Source: Planctomycetota bacterium (GTDB lineage Bacteria; Planctomycetota; MHYJ01; WSZJ01). Taken from it: DNA of 64,000 nucleotides. The notes beneath the pieces were generated by a model. That model had not been told where the DNA came from and searched no databases. It saw only the letters and a program-made list of their open reading frames with translations. Position numbers and translations under genes: made by a program. Of this stretch, positions 1-8,747 are shown piece by piece. The stretch lies in NCBI GenBank assembly GCA_038060895.1, contig JBBTCT010000029.1, forward strand, positions 1-64,000. Direction: 5' to 3'. How positions within the stretch are numbered: the first letter of the stretch is position 1; the number at the start of each line of letters is the position of its first letter.

Positions 1-72
1 GTCCATCTCGCGGCCGCGGCGAAAATCGTGGTCGGCGCGGTGGCGCTCGCGTTGTGGAGGGCCCGGCGATGA
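1..72 (+). CDS. 3' end of an upstream membrane protein (partial)
   Basis: Frame 1 reads VHLAAAAKIVVGAVALALWRARR* and its TGA overlaps the ATG at 69 (ATGA). Confidence 0.55.
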   Translation, partial: VHLAAAAKIVVGAVALALWRARR

Positions 73-1523
73 GTTTCGCGCTGGCGTGGGCGGTCGCGTT
101 CGCGACGGGGTTCGTGTCGCTGTCGTGCGAAGTGCTCTGGTACCGGGCGTACATGCTCGGGTCCGAGGGATCGCCGCTGGCGTTCGGGCTGATGCTGGGT
201 TCGTATCTGCTGGGGATCGCGGTCGGTGCAGAAGTGGCGCGCCGGATGTGCCGTGCGGAGTCCGGTCCCGGCGACGCGCGCTTCCTCGCGCCGCTCGGGG
301 CGTTCGTGCTGGCGGCGAACGCGCTGTCGTATCTCGTGGTGCCGGTGCTGGCGCGGGTCGTGGGCCGGGTGGACTGGGAAGCGTCGCTGCCGCTGGTGAT
401 GATGGCGGCGGGGTCGCTGGGAGCGATCCTGCCGCTCTCGGCGCATTTCGGCGTCCGGCCGGACGACAGCGCCGGGGCGCGCGTCTCGTGGCTGTTCGCG
501 GGGAACATCGCCGGGTCGACGATCGGGACCTTGCTCACGGGGTATGTCCTGCTGGAATTCTGGACGCTCTCCGCCGTGGCCGCGTTTCTCGCGGTGGTGG
601 GATGCGCGACGGCGGCCGTCGTTTTCTCGCGGTCATCGCTTCGCCGCCGCGAGCGGTTCCTTTCGTTCGGCGCCTGCGCCCTGGCCGGGCTGCTGGCGGT
701 GGCCGCGCGCGGTGCGAGTTTCGACCTCGTCTGGGAGAGACTGCTGTACCGCCGCGCGTTCACGCCCGACCGGCGCTTCGCCCTCGTGAAGGAAAACCGC
801 AACGACGTGATCTGCGTGACGGCGGACCGGCTGATCTACGGAGGCGGCGCGTACGACGGCGCGATCAGCACGTCGCTCCACGGCGACCAGAACCACGTCT
901 GGCGCGCTTACGCGATGGCGGCGTGGCATCCCGCGCCGCGGGAAGCGCTGGTGATCGGGCTCTCCGGAGGCGCCTGGTCGGAAGTCCTCGCGCATTTGCC
1001 GGGGCTGGAGCGGCTGACGATCGTCGAGATCAACCCGGGGTACCTGGATGTAATCGCGCAGTATCCGGAAGTCGCCGGGCTCCTGCGCAACCCGCGGGTC
1101 TCGATCGTCATCGACGACGGCCGGCGCTGGCTTCGTCGACATCCCGACCGGACGTTCGACCTCGTCGTCCAGAACACGTCGCAGCACTGGCGCGCCCACA
1201 TGACCCACCTCCTCTCCCGCGAGCACCTCGAGCTCGTCAAGTCGCGCATGCGCCCCGGCGCGCTCTTCTTCTACAACACGACCGACTCTCCCGAAGCGCA
1301 GGCCTCCGCGCTCGCCGTGTTTCCCCACGCCGGCATGCTCCGCAATTTCATCCTCGTGAGCGATCGACCGCTGGTCGCGGACGAAGCTCGTTATCGCCGG
1401 GTGCTGCGCGAGTTCAGGCTGGACGGATTTCCAGTCTGGAACTTCTCACGTGAAGGAGAGGAATTGCTCTTCGAGGAGGTCGTGACGAAATCGCTGCGGC
1501 TCGTGCCGAGGACCGAGATTTAG
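69..1523 (+). CDS. Fused membrane/spermidine synthase-like SAM-fold protein, copy 1 (appears truncated by an in-frame TAG; homologous frame continues to 1598)
   Basis: Multi-TM N-half, then VIGLSGG, IVEINP, IDDGRRWL, FDLVV motifs. Start at ATG 69 (MSFALAW) matches the paralog start. Confidence 0.8.
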   Translation: MSFALAWAVAFATGFVSLSCEVLWYRAYMLGSEGSPLAFGLMLGSYLLGIAVGAEVARRMCRAESGPGDARFLAPLGAFVLAANALSYLVVPVLARVVGRVDWEASLPLVMMAAGSLGAILPLSAHFGVRPDDSAGARVSWLFAGNIAGSTIGTLLTGYVLLEFWTLSAVAAFLAVVGCATAAVVFSRSSLRRRERFLSFGACALAGLLAVAARGASFDLVWERLLYRRAFTPDRRFALVKENRNDVICVTADRLIYGGGAYDGAISTSLHGDQNHVWRAYAMAAWHPAPREALVIGLSGGAWSEVLAHLPGLERLTIVEINPGYLDVIAQYPEVAGLLRNPRVSIVIDDGRRWLRRHPDRTFDLVVQNTSQHWRAHMTHLLSREHLELVKSRMRPGALFFYNTTDSPEAQASALAVFPHAGMLRNFILVSDRPLVADEARYRRVLREFRLDGFPVWNFSREGEELLFEEVVTKSLRLVPRTEI

Positions 1524-1594
1524 GCGCGGGCTGAAGGAGCGCCGGTGATCACGGACGACAACATGGCGAGCGAGTGGGCGCGGGCCTGGGTTCA

Positions 1595-3124
1595 TTGAGC
1601 TTCGCCTTCGCCTGGAGCGTGGCGTTCGTCACGGGATTCATCTCGCTTTCGTGCGAAGTGCTGTGGTACCGCGCGTTCTCGGTCGGGTCGGGCGGGGCGC
1701 CTCCGGCGTTCGGGATGATGCTGGGGTTCTACCTGCTGGGGATCGCGGGGGGAGCGGCGGCGGCGCGGCGGGTCTGCCGCGGGGCGGCGAGCGCCGGGGA
1801 CGCGCGCTTCCTCGCGCCTCTCGGGGCATTCGTGCTGGCCGCCAACGCGCTCTCGTATCTCGTGGTCCCCGCGCTGGCCCGCACCGTGACGGCGGCGCCC
1901 TGGCAGGCGGCTCTTCCGCTCGTCGCCGTCGCCGCGGGGTCGCTGGGCGCGATCCTGCCGCTGGCGTCGCATTTTGGCGTCGCGCCGGACGACTGCGCGG
2001 GGTCGCGGGTGTCGCTGATATTCGCCGGGAACATCGCGGGGGCCGCGATCGGCACCCTTCTCACGGGCTACCTTCTGATGGACCTGTGGCCGCTGCGTGA
2101 CATCGCTCTCCTGATGGCCGCCCTCGGCGGCGCGGCGGCCGCCGCCGTCTTCTCGCGGTCGTCACTTCCGCGGAACAGGCGCCTGGCCGCCCTCTCGGCG
2201 TGCGGGGCGTTCATGATCGCGGCCGGGGCGGCGCGCGGCGTGCTGTTCGACGGACTCTGGGAGCGTCTGACCTTCCGGCGCGACTTTGCGGAAGGGAGGC
2301 GCTTCGTGTCGGTCAGGGAGAACCGCAACGACGTGGTGTGCGTGGCGGCGGACCTGCGGGTCTACGGGGGCGGTCTGTACGACGGTGCGTTGAGCACGGG
2401 ATTGCTCGACGACGTGAACAACGTGTGGCGGGCGTATGCGCTGGCGGCGTACGTCCGGTCGCCGCGCGAGGTCCTGGTGATCGGGATGTCGGGCGGGGCG
2501 TGGTCGCAGGTGATCGCGCACCTGCCGGGGGTGGAGCGCGTGACGATCGTCGAGATCAACCCCGGGTACCTGGACGTCATCGCGGCGCACCCCCAGGTCG
2601 CCGGGTTGCTCCGGAACCCGCGCGTGCAGATCGCGATCGACGACGGCCGCCGCTGGCTCCGCCGCCACCCGGACCGGACCTTCGACCTCATCGTCCAGAA
2701 CACCTCGCAGCACTGGCGCGCGCACAGCACTCATCTCCTCGCGCGGGAGCACCTTGAGCTCGCGAAGTCGCGCCTGCGCCCGGGCGGATGTTTTTATTTC
2801 AACACGACCGACTCGCCCGAAGTCCAGGCCACCGGCCTCGCAACTTTCGCCCACGCCGGGCTCCTCTGGAACTTCATGCTCCTCAGCGACACTCCGATCA
2901 TGGCCGACGAGGCGCGCTTCCGGGGCGTCCTGCGGTCGTTCCGGATCGAGGGCCGTCCGGTCCTGGATTTCGGACAACCCGGTGAACAGGAGGCGTTCGA
3001 AGCGGCGGTGGCGAAGTCCCTGAAGCTCGTCCCGCGAGGAGACATCGAGGCGAGGTCCGCCGGCGCGAAGGTCATCACCGATGACAACATGGCCAGCGAG
3101 TGGGCGCCCGCGGGCCATCCCTGA
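1595..3124 (+). CDS. Fused membrane/spermidine synthase-like SAM-fold protein, copy 2
   Basis: Colinear paralog of copy 1. TTG start gives MSFAFAW; ends with the ITDDNMASEW motif. Confidence 0.85.
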   Translation: MSFAFAWSVAFVTGFISLSCEVLWYRAFSVGSGGAPPAFGMMLGFYLLGIAGGAAAARRVCRGAASAGDARFLAPLGAFVLAANALSYLVVPALARTVTAAPWQAALPLVAVAAGSLGAILPLASHFGVAPDDCAGSRVSLIFAGNIAGAAIGTLLTGYLLMDLWPLRDIALLMAALGGAAAAAVFSRSSLPRNRRLAALSACGAFMIAAGAARGVLFDGLWERLTFRRDFAEGRRFVSVRENRNDVVCVAADLRVYGGGLYDGALSTGLLDDVNNVWRAYALAAYVRSPREVLVIGMSGGAWSQVIAHLPGVERVTIVEINPGYLDVIAAHPQVAGLLRNPRVQIAIDDGRRWLRRHPDRTFDLIVQNTSQHWRAHSTHLLAREHLELAKSRLRPGGCFYFNTTDSPEVQATGLATFAHAGLLWNFMLLSDTPIMADEARFRGVLRSFRIEGRPVLDFGQPGEQEAFEAAVAKSLKLVPRGDIEARSAGAKVITDDNMASEWAPAGHP

Positions 3125-3179
3125 TCGCCGCCTGAGGTTCGCTTGCGGACCCCTGAACATTCCCCGCTTCTTTCCCGGG

Positions 3180-4334
3180 CTACCCCAGCCTCCGGTACGT
3201 AAGGGCCCCGGCGCCATACTTCGCCCGCACGCGGTCGACCGCCGCGACGAGCGCATGTTTGTTTTTCGAATCCGGCGCTTCACCGAAAAGCCCCGGTTGC
3301 ACGTCCGCCGCGCCGAGGCGCGCGAAGGAAACGGCGATGGTGCGGACGCGGACGCGGCGCTGAAGAGCGAGGGCGAGGAGGTCGAGGACGGGGGGGATGA
3401 GGTCGGGGTCGAGGTCCGACGGCGCGGGAAGGAGGCGCTGGCGCGTCGCGCGGATGCCGTCGGAGTGCGTGAGCGTCACCGAGGCCTTGCGCGCCCGGAA
3501 TCCCGCCGCGCGCAGCCGCCGCGCCGCCGCCTGCACGAGCCGCGACGTTTCGTCGGCGAGCCGCGCGGAGTCGTTCGTGTCGTCGGCGAGCGACGTTTCC
3601 TCCTTCACCACGCGCTCCCCCGGTTCGGGACAGACCGGCGAGGGATCGATCCCGCGCGCCCGGTCCCGCAGCGCCGGCCCCGCAGCGCCGAACGCGACGG
3701 CCAGCGCGTGCGACGGCGTCGCCGCCAGTGCGCCCGCGGTCGCGACCCCCAGCTCCTCGAGCCGCCGCTCCGTCTCTTCCCCCAGCCCGGGCAAGAGCCG
3801 CACCGCCAGCGGCGCCAGGTACGCCGCTTCCGTCCCCGGCGCGACGGCCTCCACCCCGTCCGGTTTCACGACGCGCGTGGCGACGTGGGAGACGAGCTTA
3901 TTGGAAGCGGCGGCGGCGGCGGGCCAGAGGCGGAGTTCGCGGCCGAGTGCGAGGCGGATGCGGGTGGCGGCGTCGGCGGGGGAGCCCCAGAGTCGGGAAG
4001 TGCCGGTGAGGTCGAGCCAGGCATGGCCGGGGCCGGCGAGTTCGCAGAGCGGGGAGAAGGTGGCGAGGACGCGGGCGAAGGCGGCGGTGGCGCGGTCGTA
4101 GAGTTCGGGGCGGGGAGGGAGGACGAGGAGGTCGGGGCAGAGTTTTTCAGCGAGGGCGAGAGCCATTCCGCGGTGGAGGCCCGCAAGGCGGGCTTCGGAG
4201 GAAACGTCGAGGAGGGTGGCGCGCGCGGTGGGGATTGCGACGGCGAGGGGGCGGCCGGAGAGGGAGCGGGGATGAAGGGCGCGCTCGGTGGAGATGGGGA
4301 AGGAGGCGATATTGAGGTGGAGGGTCGACTTCAT
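3180..4334 (-). CDS. Y-family DNA polymerase-like protein, probably catalytically inactive (ImuB-like)
   Basis: DinB-like pattern (GRPLAV, EARLAGLHRGM, LCPDL, SNKLVS, LPGLG, ARGID, VDRVRAKYG). Catalytic acidic motifs are replaced (HLNIASF; AGPGHAWLD). Confidence 0.8.
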   Translation of the reverse strand: MKSTLHLNIASFPISTERALHPRSLSGRPLAVAIPTARATLLDVSSEARLAGLHRGMALALAEKLCPDLLVLPPRPELYDRATAAFARVLATFSPLCELAGPGHAWLDLTGTSRLWGSPADAATRIRLALGRELRLWPAAAAASNKLVSHVATRVVKPDGVEAVAPGTEAAYLAPLAVRLLPGLGEETERRLEELGVATAGALAATPSHALAVAFGAAGPALRDRARGIDPSPVCPEPGERVVKEETSLADDTNDSARLADETSRLVQAAARRLRAAGFRARKASVTLTHSDGIRATRQRLLPAPSDLDPDLIPPVLDLLALALQRRVRVRTIAVSFARLGAADVQPGLFGEAPDSKNKHALVAAVDRVRAKYGAGALTYRRLG

Positions 4335-4369
4335 GTTAGGGGAATGTTAGCAAGGGAGGGTAAGGCAAG

Positions 4370-4857
4370 GGCAACAAGGAAACGAAAAACGAAAAACGAA
4401 AAGTAAAAACGAAAAGAAAACATCGGAGGCTGTATGAAGAAGCCGTGGGACATGAGGGAGCGGACGCTGGATTTCGCGGTGCGGGTGCTGGACATCGTCG
4501 AAAGGCTGCCCCGGGGAGTGGGGCCGCGAAAGGTTGCGGGGCAGCTCGCGGAATCGGGGACGTCCATTGGAGCGAACTACCACGAGGCCGACACAGCCCT
4601 GACGGGGCCGGATAAACGAAAGAGCCTCGTTACGTCGCGCAAGGAGGCGCAGGAGACGTCTTACTGGCTCAAGATCGTTCAGAGAAAGTGGGGAACTCGT
4701 GTAGAGGTCGGCGCGGACATAGAGGAGGTCGGCGAACTCGTCGCCATCCTCAACCGCATGATCAACAACCTGGACAAGCGAATCCGTGCCGCTTCATAGG
4801 AGGCTGTCTCTTTTCGTTTTTACTTTTTCGTTTTTCGTTTTTCCTTTCGTTGTTGCC
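4370..4857. repeat. Inverted repeat arms (4370-4417 and 4809-4857) built from AAAAACG-type heptamers, enclosing the four-helix-bundle gene
   Basis: Left arm GGCAACAAGGAAACGAAAAACGAAAAACGAAAAGTAAAAACGAAAAGA is nearly the reverse complement of the right arm TCTTTTCGTTTTTACTTTTTCGTTTTTCGTTTTTCCTTTCGTTGTTGCC. Confidence 0.9.
4434..4799 (+). CDS. Four helix bundle protein (23S rRNA IVS protein / Avd-like family)
   Basis: ERTLDFAVRV...QLAESGTSIGANYHEA...SRKEAQETSYWL signature; GGAGG RBS. Confidence 0.9.
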   Translation: MKKPWDMRERTLDFAVRVLDIVERLPRGVGPRKVAGQLAESGTSIGANYHEADTALTGPDKRKSLVTSRKEAQETSYWLKIVQRKWGTRVEVGADIEEVGELVAILNRMINNLDKRIRAAS

Positions 4858-4863
4858 TCTTTT

Positions 4864-6105
4864 CTACTCCAGGTGATCAAGCAACGTCTCCGAATCCGCA
4901 TTTCCAATGAACGCCAACCTCCTGAACGACACAATCGTGATGTCATCACTCTGCAAAGCCGCCCCCCGGTGATCCACGATCGCCTCCGCAATCGAATCCA
5001 CCAGGTCCTGCGAATTCCCTTCCTTGTGCTGCTCCCCCGAGATCTTCAGAAGAGTCTCTTCCCCGAGGTCCTCTCCCGCGGAGTTCTTCGCTTCCGGCAC
5101 GCCGTCCGTGTAGAGCAGCAGCCGGTCGCCGATCTCGATCGGGAGATGCTGGAGGCGGAGCTCGCGTTCGAAGACAGTGCCGGCGTTGAGCCCCATGGCG
5201 AGGCCGGAGGCCGGGATGAAATGCGCGCCGCGGGCGGCGGAGACGAGGATCGGGGGGTTCTGGCCGCAGTTGACGATCTCGAGGTCGCCGGTGGACGGGT
5301 CGAGGACGGCGTACGCGGCGGAGACGAACATGCGCTTCCGGATGTCCGCGGTGACGAACTTGTTGACCTCGATGACGGTGTCGCGCGGCGAATGGTGCGG
5401 GGCGATGAGGCGGAACGCCGTTCGCACCATGACCATGATGAGGGCGCCGGGAAAGCCGTGACCCGAGACGTCGCCGACGACGAGGCCGACACGGCCGTTG
5501 GGAAGATTGAAAATGTCGAGGTAGTCGCCGCCGACGACCGAGCAGGGCTGGTAAAGCGCCGCCGAATCCCAGCCCGGAAAGTCGGGAAGCTGCTGGACGA
5601 CAAGCATCTCCTGGATCTCGCGGCACTGCGCACGCTCTTCGGCGGAAAGGTCATGCTCCAGGCGCGAAACCTCGGGGCGGCGCGAAGGAACGAGCTGGCG
5701 GACGGCGAGGGCGACGAGGTCGGGGTCGCGCACCTGCATGAAGGTTTTGCGCGGATACTGCTGCAACTCGAATTCGTGCTGTTGCGCCGCCTTGCCGGTG
5801 ATGACCGCCGGGATGACGGACTTGCGTCGCATGAGCCCGCCCAGGATCTGAAGGGCGGTCTGGTCGCGAAGTTCCATGTCCAGCACGGCGGCGTCGTAGC
5901 GGCCCGAATCCAGGAGAGCGTCCAGCGCTTCGCGCCCCGACCCCGTGGAGTGCGTGGCGAAGCCGAGTTCGCCGAGGGCCCGGGCATACGCCGTCCGGCG
6001 CGCGGCGTCGGGGTCCGCGATGAGAACCGACCCTTGCCCGCCGGAGCCGCCGGGGGAATCTCGAACCCAGCGTTTGGTGGGGATGGGGGCGGAAGAGTCG
6101 CTCAT
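4864..6105 (-). CDS. SpoIIE/RsbU-type PP2C phosphatase with an N-terminal atypical receiver domain
   Basis: VGGDYLD, VGDVSGHG, NCGQNPP, LYTDGVPEA, QSDDIT motifs. N-terminus has VLIAD...YDAAVLD. Confidence 0.88.
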   Translation of the reverse strand: MSDSSAPIPTKRWVRDSPGGSGGQGSVLIADPDAARRTAYARALGELGFATHSTGSGREALDALLDSGRYDAAVLDMELRDQTALQILGGLMRRKSVIPAVITGKAAQQHEFELQQYPRKTFMQVRDPDLVALAVRQLVPSRRPEVSRLEHDLSAEERAQCREIQEMLVVQQLPDFPGWDSAALYQPCSVVGGDYLDIFNLPNGRVGLVVGDVSGHGFPGALIMVMVRTAFRLIAPHHSPRDTVIEVNKFVTADIRKRMFVSAAYAVLDPSTGDLEIVNCGQNPPILVSAARGAHFIPASGLAMGLNAGTVFERELRLQHLPIEIGDRLLLYTDGVPEAKNSAGEDLGEETLLKISGEQHKEGNSQDLVDSIAEAIVDHRGAALQSDDITIVSFRRLAFIGNADSETLLDHLE

Positions 6106-6272
6106 GAAGGGCGGGCATTGTAAGCGCGGAAATCGAACCTTTGCCACGCGGAGGCGATGAAAAAGCATGAATAAGAGCGCGCGAACGCAAGCCACCCTCC
6201 TCTCCTGACCGCCCGGGGCGGCGGCCGCCATTTGCGCGGGCTTCGCGGGAATGCTTAAATCCCCGCCCTCCC

Positions 6273-8345
6273 ATGCCCGCCGTCACCCTCGACAAGATCC
6301 GCAATCTCGGAATCATCGCGCACATCGACGCGGGGAAGACCACCACGTCCGAGCGGATCCTGTTCTACACGGGACGCGAGCACAAGCTGGGGAACGTGGA
6401 CGAGGGCACGACGACGACGGACTGGTACTTCGAGGAGCGCGAGCGCGGGATCTCGATTTTCTCGGCCGCGACGACGTGCTACTGGCGCGGGCACCGGATC
6501 AACCTGATCGACACGCCCGGGCACGTGGACTTCACGGCGGAAGTCGAGCGGTCGCTTCGGGTCCTCGACGGCGCGATCGGCGTCTTCTGCGGCGTGGGGG
6601 GCGTGGAACCGCAGAGCGAGACGGTCTGGCGGCAGGCGGACCGCTACCGGGTTCCCCGGCTTGCGTTCGTGAACAAGCTCGACCGGGTCGGGTCGAATTT
6701 CGCGAAGGTCATCGAGCAGATACGGACCAAGCTCAAGGCCAACGCGGTGGCGGTGACGTGGCCGATCGGGGAAGAGACGCAGTTCCGCGGCGTGATCGAC
6801 CTGATCGAGCGGAAGGCGTTGTACTTCAGCGAGGAGGACGACGGCGCCACGGTCACGGTCGAGGAGATTCCCGCGGAGCTGCGCGACGAAGCCGAGGTCG
6901 CCCGCGCCGAGATGGTGGAGTCGGTGGCCAACATCACGCCGTGGATGGAAGAGGGCTTCCTCTCCGGGCGCACGTTCACCAACGACGAGATCCGAAAGGG
7001 GCTCCGCGAAAACACGATCGCGCGCAAGATCGTCCCCGTGTTCGGCGGGACGAGTCTGCGCAACAAGGGCGTCCAGCCGCTTCTCGACGGAGTTCTCCAT
7101 TATCTCCCCAGTCCGCTCGACATGCCGCCGGTGACGGGCCGGCATCCCGAGACGGACAAGCCGGTCACCAGGAAACCGGACCCGAACGACGCGCTGTCGG
7201 CGCTCGTCTTCAAGATCTTCACGGACGAGTTCAGCGAGCTGGTCTACGTGCGGATCTACTCCGGGACTCTGAAGTCCGGCGAGGTGGTCTGGAATCCGAG
7301 GCTCGGGAAGCGAGAGCGGGTGACGCGCCTGAACCTGATGCACGGGCAGGCGCGTGAAGCAGTGGACAGTGCGGGGCCCGGGGAGATCGTGACGGTCGTG
7401 GGGCTGAAGCTGGCGCGGACGTCGGACACGCTGTGCGATCAGAAGCACCCGGTCGCGCTCGAAGCGATGAAGTTTCCGGAGCCGGTCGTGTCTATGGCGA
7501 TCGAGCCCAAGAACAGTGCGGACAAGGACAAGCTCGGCGAAACGCTCACGATGCTGGAGCGCGACGACCCGACCTTCCACATGAAGATCGACGACGAAAC
7601 CGGCCAGACGATCGTGTCGGGGATGGGCGAACTGCACCTCGACATCATCAAGAACCGGATGAAGCACATGAACAAGCTCGACGTCAACGTCGGCGAGCCG
7701 CGCGTGGCGTACCGCGAGACGATATCGAAGGCGGCGGATGGAGAAGCAGAGTTCATCCGGAAGGTGACGGAAGGGAAGGGCCAGTACGGGCATGTGAAGC
7801 TGCGGATCGAACCTGACCCGGGAAAGTCGGGTATTCAGGTGCTGAACGCTGCGCCGGAGGGAACTTTTCCGAAAGGCTTCTGGCCGTCGATCGAGGACGG
7901 AGTCAAGTCGGCGGCTCTGACGGGGTCGGTCGCCGGTTACCCGATGGTCTACGTGAAGGCGACGGTGAACGGCGGCTCGACTCACCCGACGGATGGGCAC
8001 GAGGGGGCCTACAACGCCGCTGCCGTCATGGCCTTCCAGAAGGCCGCGCAGAAGGCGGGCGGCGTCATCCTGGAGCCAATCATGAAGTTCGACGTCGTCG
8101 CCCCGGTCGACAACGTCGGCGACGTCCTCGACGACCTCAACCGGCGTCGCGCCGAAATCCAGAACGTCGAACAGGAGGACGACCGGCGGAAAATCACGGG
8201 CCTGACGCCGATCGCAGAGATGTTCGGATACGCCAACGCGCTCCGCTCCCTGACGCAGGGACGCGGCACCTCGAGCCTCGAGCCTCACGACTACCGGCCC
8301 GTGCCGGAAAGCGTCGCGAAGCGCCTCTTCGGGAGCGAATCATGA
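6273..8345 (+). CDS. fusA: Elongation factor G (divergent copy)
   Basis: [52 protein letters not shown]; 690 aa. Confidence 0.93.
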   Translation: MPAVTLDKIRNLGIIAHIDAGKTTTSERILFYTGREHKLGNVDEGTTTTDWYFEERERGISIFSAATTCYWRGHRINLIDTPGHVDFTAEVERSLRVLDGAIGVFCGVGGVEPQSETVWRQADRYRVPRLAFVNKLDRVGSNFAKVIEQIRTKLKANAVAVTWPIGEETQFRGVIDLIERKALYFSEEDDGATVTVEEIPAELRDEAEVARAEMVESVANITPWMEEGFLSGRTFTNDEIRKGLRENTIARKIVPVFGGTSLRNKGVQPLLDGVLHYLPSPLDMPPVTGRHPETDKPVTRKPDPNDALSALVFKIFTDEFSELVYVRIYSGTLKSGEVVWNPRLGKRERVTRLNLMHGQAREAVDSAGPGEIVTVVGLKLARTSDTLCDQKHPVALEAMKFPEPVVSMAIEPKNSADKDKLGETLTMLERDDPTFHMKIDDETGQTIVSGMGELHLDIIKNRMKHMNKLDVNVGEPRVAYRETISKAADGEAEFIRKVTEGKGQYGHVKLRIEPDPGKSGIQVLNAAPEGTFPKGFWPSIEDGVKSAALTGSVAGYPMVYVKATVNGGSTHPTDGHEGAYNAAAVMAFQKAAQKAGGVILEPIMKFDVVAPVDNVGDVLDDLNRRRAEIQNVEQEDDRRKITGLTPIAEMFGYANALRSLTQGRGTSSLEPHDYRPVPESVAKRLFGSES

Positions 8346-8719
8346 GAACACGAGCCGTCGTTTTCCTGCTGCTGGTGCTTCCCGCCTGCTCTTCCTCCAG
8401 CGACCGCGTCCAGGAAGTCCCGATCGCCACTTCAGACAAGGCCCAGGACATCCTCGGCATCAACCTGCTGCTGTCCGACCTGAAGGACCGCCGCGAAAGC
8501 AAGAGCCTCCGCGCGTGGTCGTTCAAGCTGACGAACAACGAGAAGGAAAACGTCAAGGTCCTCGCCGTCCCGGCCTTCGTCGCCGAGGACGGCCGGGACC
8601 TGGGTGGATCCTCCGAGTCGCAGGAGGTCGAGATTCTTCCCGGAAAGTCCCACGACTTCTACATCAAGGCCCCGACCGGCGAAGTGGCGAGGTTAGTGGT
8701 GCGGTTCGAGAGGAAGTAG
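8342..8719 (+). CDS. Putative lipoprotein (YcfL/DUF1425-like)
   Basis: Lipobox LPAC after a hydrophobic stretch; ATGA overlap with fusA. The family call is tentative. Confidence 0.65.
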   Translation: MRTRAVVFLLLVLPACSSSSDRVQEVPIATSDKAQDILGINLLLSDLKDRRESKSLRAWSFKLTNNEKENVKVLAVPAFVAEDGRDLGGSSESQEVEILPGKSHDFYIKAPTGEVARLVVRFERK

Positions 8720-8747
8720 CGGGGCGCCCTGAACGGAGTCCGCGGAC

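Noticed and set aside
1521-1523. Genome-wide amber recoding or pyrrolysine
   Set aside because: TAG ends conserved genes at expected positions (rpsJ, rho, metK, secA), and no pyl genes are present in the window.
4381-4420. CRISPR array or simple microsatellite
   Set aside because: There are no spacers, and the units have an inverted partner at 4809-4857. No CRISPR-like array was seen anywhere in the window.
4434-4799. Diversity-generating retroelement (Avd-like gene)
   Set aside because: No reverse transcriptase and no TR/VR pair with adenine-specific mismatches were seen.
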